64,000 nucleotides of DNA. Source: a virus. Shown here one piece after another: positions 28,218 through 37,160 of this stretch (position 1 is the stretch's first letter; every line of letters begins with the position of its first letter). The stretch lies in the UHGV virus genome UHGV-1374526; one strand, given 5' to 3'. The position numbers were made by a program, and so were the translations under genes. The notes beneath the pieces are model-generated. The model saw only the letters and a list, made by a program, of their open reading frames with translations. It was not told the origin of the DNA and ran no database searches.

Positions 28218-28667
28218 ATGAACACAAACCAAATATATTTTGACGGAAGCCTTGGACAGTTCATTCGCAAGGCGAACTATGAACTGGTAAGCGTAAACCC
28301 TACGTTGGAAGTTCAGCATGGAATATCCTCCCTTGTCCTCCATTTTGGCGCAGGATTTAAGGGAGACCTCCAATTTAATTTCTCCCATGCCTCTGCTCTT
28401 GGCAACATCTCTCTGGAATACCCCTTTATATGGAAGATTCAGTTAGCCCCGCTCAACGCCGGAGCCTTGCCTGTATGGAAGACAGTCGCGTCTGGCATGA
28501 CGGGCCCGGAGGAACCCGGAGGCACTGCTGACACCATTATCCTTCCGATTGGTCCATTGGAATTAGACCCTGCCGAATACCCTATCGGGACCTACTGGAT
28601 GACTGTTGAGTTCTCCGATTCGGTTAACTGGACCTGCACCTTCCCCTTCACTCTTCAAATCATCTAA
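28218..28667 (+). CDS. hypothetical protein
   Basis: 149-aa ORF. Confidence 0.45.
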   Translation: MNTNQIYFDGSLGQFIRKANYELVSVNPTLEVQHGISSLVLHFGAGFKGDLQFNFSHASALGNISLEYPFIWKIQLAPLNAGALPVWKTVASGMTGPEEPGGTADTIILPIGPLELDPAEYPIGTYWMTVEFSDSVNWTCTFPFTLQII

Positions 28668-28669
28668 CC

Positions 28670-29041
28670 ATGCAACTTGATTTATCTCACATCCTGCAAC
28701 TCTACCCCGTCCTGAAGGTCCTCCATTACCAGACAAGTAGTGGATTCCATCATGAACGATACGACGATGCGGTAGAAGAATTGGGCGGCATTGCCGACAG
28801 TTTCATTGAAACCTATCTCGGACTACATGGCCGCGACTGGATGGTAAAGCCCATGTCGTTGCGCCCCGTGTTGCCTGATACTTCTACTAATTGCATTCTC
28901 CTGTACAGAAATGTCATCCTACATGACATCGTTCCCTACCTCTACACCATTGCGGGGAATGAACCCGCGCTAAGGAAACTGGCAGAGGACTTCGAGCAGA
29001 GTGCCCAAAAGATTTACAGCCTACTGAACAATTACGTCTAA
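28670..29041 (+). CDS. hypothetical protein
   Basis: 123-aa ORF. Confidence 0.45.
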   Translation: MQLDLSHILQLYPVLKVLHYQTSSGFHHERYDDAVEELGGIADSFIETYLGLHGRDWMVKPMSLRPVLPDTSTNCILLYRNVILHDIVPYLYTIAGNEPALRKLAEDFEQSAQKIYSLLNNYV

Positions 29042-29049
29042 TAGAACCC

Positions 29050-29559
29050 ATGCCTACAACAACTCGCGTCCGAGAATTTTTCCTCTGCTCCGATGGCCCG
29101 GAGAGCAACCCCGAAGTAATAGCCACGGTACTTCCACGGCTTGACGGGGTTTGCTCCCGCGCCCGGTCCTTGACATGGGGCGTTATTGCCTATTCCCTCT
29201 CTCACTTCAACCTGCCCTTCGGTGTTGCCTTGGAGAACATGAGGAACGGTTATTGTGCCCGCGTCGTAGGAACGCCTACTGGGGAGGAAACCGAGGATGG
29301 GAATGAAGCCGCTGACGTTACCCCTTGGTTCATCCTGCAATCGTTCAAGACCGAGAGCGACGAATGGGACTACCGTTTCATGGCGTTGGAACCAATAGAG
29401 GCAGGAGCCGCCATTGATATGAAGAGGGATTATCTCCTGCCCGACGGGTGGTATAAAGTCGGAGAAGAGGTAACTCTTCGCAACGATTTCATCGCCTCCT
29501 TCTGTTGGGAGATTGCCATTCCCGGCGACACCTTAAAAGTAGAAACCGCAAACGCATAG
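29050..29559 (+). CDS. hypothetical protein
   Basis: 169-aa ORF. Confidence 0.45.
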   Translation: MPTTTRVREFFLCSDGPESNPEVIATVLPRLDGVCSRARSLTWGVIAYSLSHFNLPFGVALENMRNGYCARVVGTPTGEETEDGNEAADVTPWFILQSFKTESDEWDYRFMALEPIEAGAAIDMKRDYLLPDGWYKVGEEVTLRNDFIASFCWEIAIPGDTLKVETANA

Positions 29560-29563
29560 ACCA

Positions 29564-29818
29564 ATGAAGAAGACCAACGATATTAGTATTGTAGATAATA
29601 AGAGAGTAGGAATCCTCAAGGTGAAATATGATGGAGATACCTTTGCCATCTTTAACTATTGTCGGGAGGGAGACGAGAAGGAACAGTGTTATCCCACGCG
29701 CGAAAGGGCTATAGAAATGGCGAAGATGGTTGCTCGCCATCTCATCCACGCGAATCCCGTTATGACAGAAAGGGGCATTGACCTTTACCCGACAGACTGT
29801 ACAATCCAAGACGAATAA
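29564..29818 (+). CDS. tandem-array paralog 1 (~80-aa family)
   Basis: Shares the FxV...A.FNYC...G....T...A...A.K.AR core with the next five genes. Confidence 0.5.
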   Translation: MKKTNDISIVDNKRVGILKVKYDGDTFAIFNYCREGDEKEQCYPTRERAIEMAKMVARHLIHANPVMTERGIDLYPTDCTIQDE

Positions 29819-29821
29819 ACC

Positions 29822-30061
29822 ATGAACGACAAAGTAGCTATTTTAGAAGACAAAGGATTTGGATTCTTCCGAGTAACTCACTGTGGAAGTGTCATTGCAG
29901 ATTTTCTTTACTGCACAGGCTCTGGTGAACAAGGATATATGACACGAGATTCCGCAAAGAAACTGGCAACGAAGATTGCCCGCTACGTAGTTAGCAGAGG
30001 GACAGTTTGTACCATCGAGGGAGTATCACTTAACCAAATCATTTTCAACATCGATGACTGA
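29822..30061 (+). CDS. tandem-array paralog 2
   Basis: GFFRVTHCGSVIADFLYCTG...TRDSAKKLATKIARYV. 8-nt ATGACTGA overlap with paralog 3. Confidence 0.55.
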   Translation: MNDKVAILEDKGFGFFRVTHCGSVIADFLYCTGSGEQGYMTRDSAKKLATKIARYVVSRGTVCTIEGVSLNQIIFNIDD

Positions 30062-30290
30062 CACTCTAAATATTACCACCATAGATGACCCCGATATCGG
30101 GTTTTTCTGGGTCCTGCTTGAAAACTGTTGCGTTGCCACCTTTTACTATTGCGTGAAAGATGATAGTGGCTTCTTCACCAAGGAGCAAGCTAAGAAACTA
30201 GCCAACAAGCTCGCCCGCAAAATTGAGAAGAGCATGATTATCGAAACCGAAAAGGGAATCAAATTGGAAAGGAACAACATCAATGAATAA
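30054..30290 (+). CDS. tandem-array paralog 3
   Basis: MTDTLNITTIDDP...FFTKEQAKKLANKLARKIEKS. N-terminus near-identical to paralog 5. Confidence 0.55.
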   Translation: MTDTLNITTIDDPDIGFFWVLLENCCVATFYYCVKDDSGFFTKEQAKKLANKLARKIEKSMIIETEKGIKLERNNINE

Positions 30291-30519
30291 CGATTCAGAT
30301 ACCCGTGTTTATGACATCCCTACTAGCGGAATGTTCCGCGTCAGGCACAGAGGAAGTTGCGTCGCCGTTTTCAACTATTGCGTGGCAGATGAAAGCGGCT
30401 TCTTCACCAAGAAGCAAGCTAAGAAACTAGCCATCAAGTTCGCCCGCAAAATTGAGAAGAGCACGGTCATAGAAACAAAGATGGGAATCAAACTTAAAAG
30501 GAACAATACTAATGACTGA
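30283..30519 (+). CDS. tandem-array paralog 4
   Basis: FFTKKQAKKLAIKFARKIEKSTVIETKMGIKLKRNN, nearly identical to the paralog 3 C-terminus. Confidence 0.55.
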   Translation: MNNDSDTRVYDIPTSGMFRVRHRGSCVAVFNYCVADESGFFTKKQAKKLAIKFARKIEKSTVIETKMGIKLKRNNTND

Positions 30520-30760
30520 CACTCTAAATATTACCACCGTAGATGACCCCATTGCCGGATTTTTCCGGGTCATGCTTGAAAACTGTTGCGTTGCCGCCTT
30601 TTACTATTGCACGGAAGGCGAGGAAGGACATTTCACCAAGAAGCAAGCCAAGAAGCTGACCGAGAAGCTAGTCCGCAAAATTGAAAATAGTACGACCATC
30701 AAAACCAAAAAAGGATTCAAACTACTTAAACCGAAAGGGAACGACAATGACCAACGATAA
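30512..30760 (+). CDS. tandem-array paralog 5
   Basis: MTDTLNITTVDDP...HFTKKQAKKLTEKLVRKIENS. Confidence 0.55.
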   Translation: MTDTLNITTVDDPIAGFFRVMLENCCVAAFYYCTEGEEGHFTKKQAKKLTEKLVRKIENSTTIKTKKGFKLLKPKGNDNDQR

Positions 30761-31004
30761 GTATCTGCTGGAAACCTTCTTAATGGAATACCCGCGAGCA
30801 GGAATCATTGCGGTGATTCATCGAAACTACCGTATTGCCATGTTCCCCTATCACAGGAGCGAGGATGAGAAGGGACTTCCGACAAGGGACTGCGCCCTCA
30901 ACATGGCAATCGAACTTCGTGACAAGATTAAGAAATGCACGACGGAAGAATCCGACACGGGGATTACCTTCGTCGAAAAGGAACAACCAATCTTCAATGA
31001 CTAA
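30747..31004 (+). CDS. tandem-array paralog 6 (divergent)
   Basis: AGIIAVIHRNYRIAMFPYHRSEDEKGLPTRDCALNMAIELRDKIKK. Start moved to the ATG at 30747, which overlaps paralog 5 by 14 nt. Confidence 0.45.
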   Translation: MTNDKYLLETFLMEYPRAGIIAVIHRNYRIAMFPYHRSEDEKGLPTRDCALNMAIELRDKIKKCTTEESDTGITFVEKEQPIFND

Positions 31005-31428
31005 CAAACGCAAATTCAAAAAGGGAGACCTTGTTCGGTTCATCAACACAGGAAGGCATCCAGAAATACGTGAGAGTTTAGCGGAGGGTTCCCTAGTATA
31101 CGTCCAAGAAGAGGAAGGTATGGACCGTCGCATCCTTGTCAAGACCGGGGATGGGACACATAAGCGGTTCCCCTTCTATGAGTTTGAGCTAGTGGAAGAG
31201 ACCAAACATGAAGTCTTCGTCCGATACACACGGGACGAGGCTATCATCCTCTTCAACTATCAGCCCGTTCTCCGCATACCTACCAGATATAAGCTGGGCG
31301 ACCAAGAGGTCGATATGTGCTGGGAAGTAGAGGGCTGGGCCAAGTGTATTGTTGAAGACCTCAACGAGCATGTCATGTTGCCAGATATAGACAAAACCAA
31401 AAACGAAAATGGAACTGGGAAAGTATAA
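30997..31428 (+). CDS. hypothetical protein with SH3/KOW-like motif
   Basis: MTNKRKFKKGDLVRFINTG... The start overlaps the upstream stop (ATGACTAA). The ORF-track 30835 extension is discounted. Confidence 0.45.
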   Translation: MTNKRKFKKGDLVRFINTGRHPEIRESLAEGSLVYVQEEEGMDRRILVKTGDGTHKRFPFYEFELVEETKHEVFVRYTRDEAIILFNYQPVLRIPTRYKLGDQEVDMCWEVEGWAKCIVEDLNEHVMLPDIDKTKNENGTGKV

Positions 31429-31864
31429 GAACAGATTTAAGTGCGGCGACGTTGTTCTTCGGATAGATACGGGAAGATGTGGCATGTGTGGGGATAGCAT
31501 CCCAACAGGGTCTATCCTCCGGGTAATGTCCGACGAGGATGTTGCTGGTGTCGTTCGTGTCCAATATCCCCAAGCGAATGATGAAGACGAAGAGATACAG
31601 GATGTTATGTGGTACGAAATCGACCACTTACCCGCGAAAGCCAAGGTAGAAGAATTCTCGGATGCCGTGAGGGTGTCCATGAATGGGAACGCTATTGCCA
31701 CCATTCTCACGGACATTGCCACCCCATTGGGCACTCTTCATTTCGAAAGCTGGGCCAGAGAAATTGCCCAGTCGATGGCGAACATTATTAACCTTCAAAT
31801 CTCATTGGGGAAGCTAACCTCGGATGGAATCAAAGTAGAAAAAACTAATGACAAGGAAAGATAA
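31409..31864 (+). CDS. hypothetical protein with SH3/KOW-like motif
   Basis: FKCGDVVLRIDTGRCGMCGDSIPTGSILRV. Confidence 0.45.
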   Translation: MELGKYKNRFKCGDVVLRIDTGRCGMCGDSIPTGSILRVMSDEDVAGVVRVQYPQANDEDEEIQDVMWYEIDHLPAKAKVEEFSDAVRVSMNGNAIATILTDIATPLGTLHFESWAREIAQSMANIINLQISLGKLTSDGIKVEKTNDKER

Positions 31865-32615
31865 GATAAAGGAAATACAGAAGTGGGCGGGAACTACGCC
31901 CGATGGCATCCTTGGTGATAAGACCATTGATGCTATATGGAAGAAGATACAACCCACGGAATCCACGGTTCCCGATGAACAACCCAACGATTCCCCGGAA
32001 TCCGCGGGTCCCGCGGCATACGTGTCTCCGGCAGAGCTTGTCCGCAAGGGCATGGCTAAGAAGATTCTCAACATGGAGGACTACAAGATTACAGGTCCCG
32101 ATTCTCTGCGCGTAACTCGCCTCCCCTCCGGTGACGGCGGTGGCAAGTGGGAGATTGCAGGTATCTGTGATGGGATTGAACCCAAGGAATTCAATCTAAT
32201 CAAATCCATGATGGACCGGGGCGACAGGGATGCGGCATGGGAGGAATGCCTCCGCTATGTTCTCGCCAATACGGAACCGTTGGTTGCCAAGGGAGTTGCA
32301 GGATGCTACGCCATTGAGTTCATGCTTCGTGACATGACCTTCAACATGGGTGTGGCGGGAACGACTAAGGTCGTCCAGCGCATGCTCGACATTGATATTG
32401 ATGGCAAGTGGGGGAAAAATACTCAAGCCAAATGGACAGACGCCATTCAATCATGGGATGAAAAGGAAGTTCTCGATTCGCTGGACCGCGCTTGTCGTGC
32501 CCGCTATTGCTCCATTGTAAGAGCCAATCCGGTGAAGGCGAAGTTCCTTACGGGCTGGTCCAACCGATGCAATGCACGGCTTGCCTACGCTCTTACTCTG
32601 TTGTCAAGGAAATAA
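31848..32615 (+). CDS. endolysin-like protein (GH108-like core with peptidoglycan-binding repeats, tentative)
   Basis: N-terminal PG-binding-like GTTPDGILGDKTIDAIWKKI. LPSGDGGGKWEIAGICDG resembles the GH108 DPGGxTxxGIT block. C-terminal DIDGKWGKNTQAKW resembles PG_binding_3. Confidence 0.4.
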   Translation: MTRKDKIKEIQKWAGTTPDGILGDKTIDAIWKKIQPTESTVPDEQPNDSPESAGPAAYVSPAELVRKGMAKKILNMEDYKITGPDSLRVTRLPSGDGGGKWEIAGICDGIEPKEFNLIKSMMDRGDRDAAWEECLRYVLANTEPLVAKGVAGCYAIEFMLRDMTFNMGVAGTTKVVQRMLDIDIDGKWGKNTQAKWTDAIQSWDEKEVLDSLDRACRARYCSIVRANPVKAKFLTGWSNRCNARLAYALTLLSRK

Positions 32616-32627
32616 TCGGGAATTTTC

Positions 32628-32656
32628 TTGACCCATTAAATCCCAAATGCTAACAT
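32628..32656 (+). promoter_or_regulatory. sigma70-like promoter (TTGACC-17-TAACAT) overlapping a CATGGCGG...CCGCCATG palindrome
   Basis: The palindrome spans 32654-32684 and its 3' arm contains the ATG at 32682. Confidence 0.4.
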
Positions 32657-32681
32657 GGCGGTGAGGTAATTCCTTGCCGCC

Positions 32682-33035
32682 ATGTTTAATTTCATCGCAC
32701 AGCTTAATGCTACTGACGGCAACGTGTGGGCATTGTTTCTCACTCGTATCGTCGATGAAATGTCCCCCGCGTATCTCGTATTCGTGGGGGTTATTTACGT
32801 GGCAGTAAAGCTGGCATATAAGTACCTCTCAAAAAAGATAGAGTTTAGTCTTGATAAGGAGAAGTCATTTCTCATACTATTGCAAGAAGCTCTAAGAGTT
32901 ATATCCGAGTTGGATGATTCTCTAGACCAACTACATGGAAAAATAGACAATCTACGAAGCGACCATGAAGAGATAATCGACCGCGCCTTCTGCGCTATCT
33001 CGCAACAAGATACACACCCCCTCCGACAGAAATGA
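32682..33035 (+). CDS. small TM protein, holin candidate
   Basis: TM AYLVFVGVIYVAVKLAY. Position next to the endolysin-like gene. Confidence 0.35.
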   Translation: MFNFIAQLNATDGNVWALFLTRIVDEMSPAYLVFVGVIYVAVKLAYKYLSKKIEFSLDKEKSFLILLQEALRVISELDDSLDQLHGKIDNLRSDHEEIIDRAFCAISQQDTHPLRQK

Positions 33036-33544
33036 AACTATTCAATCTGTTCCGAAAAAGCCACGAGCAGGAACAACTCGAAAACGAGTTGACCCAGAAT
33101 CTTAATCAATTACAGGAAAGCATCCGTGCGTGTACTGAAAAACTCCGCTCAAGGAATCGGTTCTATGCCTCCCTTCCTATTGGTCGCGAGGGTGAGCTGA
33201 AACTGCCCAGAAACCAATGGGCCTATTTTTTACGGGGGAAAGTAGGAATTCGTTATGACGGAGAAACCCTTACCTCTTCGGTTACACAGGTTAAAACTCG
33301 TGAAGAAGTTCAACTGCCAAGAATTATTGACGCGGAGAGAAGTCATAAATTACTTGTCATACGAGGATATGTTATTGACAGGAGAACAAACCGCACCTAT
33401 TATCAGGGCGAGACAGTAAGTTTTCAGCGGGGAGAACCAATGCAATTAACGTTGAACGGGCATATTAGCATGATGTGGACACCCCCGCTTCCCGATGCAA
33501 TTATGCCGTTCTATCAAACCAATATACATGGCCTTGATTCCTAA
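33032..33544 (+). CDS. hypothetical protein
   Basis: 170 aa. ATGA overlap with the upstream gene. Confidence 0.4.
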   Translation: MKLFNLFRKSHEQEQLENELTQNLNQLQESIRACTEKLRSRNRFYASLPIGREGELKLPRNQWAYFLRGKVGIRYDGETLTSSVTQVKTREEVQLPRIIDAERSHKLLVIRGYVIDRRTNRTYYQGETVSFQRGEPMQLTLNGHISMMWTPPLPDAIMPFYQTNIHGLDS

Positions 33545-36410
33545 CACTCCGGCCTCCAACCCACAGCCTCCGACGATACCCATTGGAACCACGGATTCCT
33601 CGTGGCGCAATGGGTTCAGTCCTGACAGGCCAATGGGTGAGCCGATAATTAACTTTCCCACTCCTGTGGTAAAGAACGTGATGTTCTTCGTTGAGAGGAT
33701 TGCCAAGAATCCCAGCGAGATTACCATTGAATTGGGAACGCCGTTCGTACCCACCGCAGGTACGACCTTCCTCCCGTTTATGCGGGATGCAGTTCTCGTG
33801 CATGTCGAACCCGTCAATGAGGCGGCGAGACAGCACGTTTATCGTTTCTACTACATGGTCCCGCCGGAACAGCAGTTCCGATATAACATTCAGGACATGA
33901 AGAAAATCCGTGACGGCTATACGTTGAAAGATACTGCCGCTACGGGTAAGTTCATGGGTCCGGATGCAGACACGGAAGAGTTGAAGGACTTCTACGAGAT
34001 TACACGGGAATGGGTGGAACCCACGGATTCCGCGTATGCCCCGCTCCCCCTTGGCTCGTTTGACCCCAGCAACGAAAAGCTTGACCCTGACTTCTATGAC
34101 CAGCATTTCTACACGGCATACGATGCCCAGCTGGTATATGAAGAAGTAGCCCAGTTCGAAGAGGAACACCTGCGCAAGTACTTTCGTAAGGTCATCCGTG
34201 TGTATAAAACCCTGCCGGGACCTGTGGTTAAAGAGTTCGTCCCTTATAACATTTGGCAGAAGGGAGATACGGTGTGGGATGAAGGTGGTCCGGGAACGAA
34301 CCAGCCCGAATCTGAATGGGTGGCGCAGCCTGCAATTAAGTTATCAAGAGAGGTCTGGGCCGCGCCGCTTTGGCCCGTCGATGGTGGAGGGAAGGAACCG
34401 GGTCAGGCCCGCATTCCTCACATGCCCCTCCTTGAACTGGACAATAAGCCCGTTAGTGCTGGCTGGGACAAGGGCAGTTATCCGAGTACGCAGATGTACA
34501 CCCTTGTATCTATGTACAAACGGAACAGTAACATTGCGGAGAAAGAGGAACAGAACAGCCTCTCCGGTAATTGTTGTAACCCTGATTCCCGTTTTGTCCG
34601 GTGCATCAACACAACCGTGACGACTAGCCAGTCCGTTGACTGGACAGCAAACGGCGATGTCCCGGCGATTGACCCCCCGGACCCCAGCGAGAACTGTAGC
34701 CAATGGCGTGTAGATTCCTCTGTGGTAGTACATGAAGGGTACTCTCATAAGGAAACGCGAAAGAGTTGCACCACCTACGACCAGATTGATGAATTCTGGG
34801 AATCCTCATTCGATAGGATAACCAATCAGGTCTATCCTGTACTGCGGAAGATTGTACATAATCCGAGCACTGACTTCGATACTGATTGGCAGAATGAAGG
34901 ATTCACCAAATACACGGATGCCGTGGGCAATACCTACTATGGCCGTAAACTGGAATCCCCGGAATCCGTGGCTCCCATTACTATCCCGGACTCCGCTTGG
35001 GAGAAGATAGGCTACAACCTTGCGGACTTCACCGTAGAAGAGGAACCGACGTTTAATACCAAGATGCTCACCGGACTGTCCATGATTAACGGATGGAACG
35101 ACCCAGCCTATCCCCAGTTCTCTGACTACTTCGCTATGCTTGGTAGCTTCACCTCCGACAATAAGGGAGTCCCACGTGGTTCTCTCTACAACGTCCGGTT
35201 TAAGGGTCAACGCTGGTGGCAACTCTGGATTCAAAACGAGATGCCCACAGAAATGTCTCCCGGAACTATCACCGCCACTCCCTTCTATCATGCTCCCAAT
35301 CCTGACGGCCCTTGGTTCTCACAGGATGGGGTTTATAAGGTAAGGGGCGAAATGATGATTAACGATGTCCTCTATGGCGAGGGAGTTACGAGCAATGTCT
35401 GGACATTCCCCGTAGGTTTCATGGATGGTACGCAGATATATAAGCGGAAGGCCTATAACCCTGAAATGAAATTTACCACAGGGGCATTACCTACAGGTAT
35501 TGGGAAGGCGTTCACCACGGTGGAGAACGGAGAATTACTTCTCACCTGCTGGGTACTGAACAGCAATAAGGTTGCCATCAATGGGGAGATTCCCATCATG
35601 ATGAATAGTACGAAGATATTCGACATCAATGTATCTAGCTCTGATGCTCCCAGTACCACGCCGGAACCGAACATAAGCACAACTACCGTGGCTAAGGCAA
35701 AGTATACCGTTGGCAATTATGTATTAGACGCGCAGGTAGTGAATAACCTCAACATCACTTACAACCGGAATAAGTTCCCATTCTTCCAATTCACCATCAC
35801 GCTCTGCTCTCTCCGCGGCAATACGTTCAAGGTCACGCAGGGGGATAAGATTCAACGCGTCGTCCTGCGCCAATGGGTGAACCCCTGTTACGCCGTAGAT
35901 AGTTACATGCAGATTCCGGGAATCGGGTACTACAAAAAATATACCACGACGATGAACTACAGTTTCCCTGCCGTGTTCGGTTCGGTTAGTTGGGTTCCGT
36001 GGAATACGAGGCCCGACCTTTCTGGCAAGAATGCTGGACAGTACTTCCCGCAGACCCGGATGATGAGGGACAGTTACTCCGGCCCCTGCACCGCCGTGGT
36101 AGAGGAAGCCTTCTCCCCTGACGGAACATGGCCTAAAGGCTGGGGCCTTGGGACGTCGGTACAGTTCACGACGAACAGTGGATATTTCTCTTCACCGCTT
36201 TGCGATTACCGTCTGCCCGCATGCCTCCACGGCCCGCTGGCTATAACCGTAGTCATTGGCAATCAGGACGCCAAGTGGCTTCCCGGCGCGTTTAATACGG
36301 CCTTTCCGGGGACTACCCACACAGATTGGAAACCCGTGACCTCCTATTACGCATCCCCGTGGAACGGGGGCATGATGTGCAAGAAAGTAACCATTTATCC
36401 ACCCAGTTAA
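33528..36410 (+). CDS. large virion-associated protein (tail/baseplate candidate)
   Basis: About 961 aa, W/Y/N/T-rich beta composition. Start moved to the ATG at 33528 to limit overlap. Confidence 0.45.
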   Translation: MALIPNTPASNPQPPTIPIGTTDSSWRNGFSPDRPMGEPIINFPTPVVKNVMFFVERIAKNPSEITIELGTPFVPTAGTTFLPFMRDAVLVHVEPVNEAARQHVYRFYYMVPPEQQFRYNIQDMKKIRDGYTLKDTAATGKFMGPDADTEELKDFYEITREWVEPTDSAYAPLPLGSFDPSNEKLDPDFYDQHFYTAYDAQLVYEEVAQFEEEHLRKYFRKVIRVYKTLPGPVVKEFVPYNIWQKGDTVWDEGGPGTNQPESEWVAQPAIKLSREVWAAPLWPVDGGGKEPGQARIPHMPLLELDNKPVSAGWDKGSYPSTQMYTLVSMYKRNSNIAEKEEQNSLSGNCCNPDSRFVRCINTTVTTSQSVDWTANGDVPAIDPPDPSENCSQWRVDSSVVVHEGYSHKETRKSCTTYDQIDEFWESSFDRITNQVYPVLRKIVHNPSTDFDTDWQNEGFTKYTDAVGNTYYGRKLESPESVAPITIPDSAWEKIGYNLADFTVEEEPTFNTKMLTGLSMINGWNDPAYPQFSDYFAMLGSFTSDNKGVPRGSLYNVRFKGQRWWQLWIQNEMPTEMSPGTITATPFYHAPNPDGPWFSQDGVYKVRGEMMINDVLYGEGVTSNVWTFPVGFMDGTQIYKRKAYNPEMKFTTGALPTGIGKAFTTVENGELLLTCWVLNSNKVAINGEIPIMMNSTKIFDINVSSSDAPSTTPEPNISTTTVAKAKYTVGNYVLDAQVVNNLNITYNRNKFPFFQFTITLCSLRGNTFKVTQGDKIQRVVLRQWVNPCYAVDSYMQIPGIGYYKKYTTTMNYSFPAVFGSVSWVPWNTRPDLSGKNAGQYFPQTRMMRDSYSGPCTAVVEEAFSPDGTWPKGWGLGTSVQFTTNSGYFSSPLCDYRLPACLHGPLAITVVIGNQDAKWLPGAFNTAFPGTTHTDWKPVTSYYASPWNGGMMCKKVTIYPPS

Positions 36411-36414
36411 GCTC

Positions 36415-37158
36415 ATGGCATTTATTACCAAATCCTATTTGACCTATCGCAATGTTTGTGACGAGCTTTGTATGCTTATCACAAACCAGCCGCCATCCAA
36501 GTCCAATGTTGACTTCCGTCGTATATTGAAGGAAGCGCAGAACCTCCTGCTCAATGAGGCCACGGTATCTCCGGATTCCGTGGAAACCTTGGACTTTGAA
36601 GGAATCCCTCGCGGGGGTTCTATCTCCCTGCCCGAAGAGTATGATAGTATTGTCGAGGCATGGACACCTAGTGGCAAGAAATACAACATCATTGACCGGG
36701 CCATGTTCGAAAGCAACACTTGGTTCCGTTCCGAATATCCCAAGCACGACAGCGGTTATCATGCTATCATGCTGGACATGGGACTGAATGAACAGAACCT
36801 CCGTACCTACTCGGTATTGTCTGGCAGTAACGGCATCAACGATAATCCTACGAGCAACGTCATGACGGTTTCGGCACGGTGCGCATTGCGCGGCCTGTCC
36901 CTTAACATTTATGACGACGCGGCATGGGAGGACAAGGAGGTTCGTATCTACCCCGGATGTCTTCCCGCATTGAAGGCGATGATGCTGGCCGTGGTCTATA
37001 ACGAGCAGGGCAATACCCAAATGGGGACGGACAGCTACGGCCTTGCCGTCAAATACCTGAACGACCACCTGCGCAAATATCGTCAGGGCACATATCAGGC
37101 TCCGAACATTATTCAGAACGGCGGCATCATGCAGTGCCCCGGACTTAACCTCATGTAA
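36415..37158 (+). CDS. hypothetical protein
   Basis: 247-aa ORF. Confidence 0.45.
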   Translation: MAFITKSYLTYRNVCDELCMLITNQPPSKSNVDFRRILKEAQNLLLNEATVSPDSVETLDFEGIPRGGSISLPEEYDSIVEAWTPSGKKYNIIDRAMFESNTWFRSEYPKHDSGYHAIMLDMGLNEQNLRTYSVLSGSNGINDNPTSNVMTVSARCALRGLSLNIYDDAAWEDKEVRIYPGCLPALKAMMLAVVYNEQGNTQMGTDSYGLAVKYLNDHLRKYRQGTYQAPNIIQNGGIMQCPGLNLM

Positions 37159-37160
37159 TT

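Noticed and set aside
30835-31428. ORF-track long form of the gene after the paralog array
   Set aside because: The N-terminal 54 codons overlap paralog 6 out of frame. The ATG at 30997 overlaps the upstream stop in the same ATGACTAA style used throughout the array.
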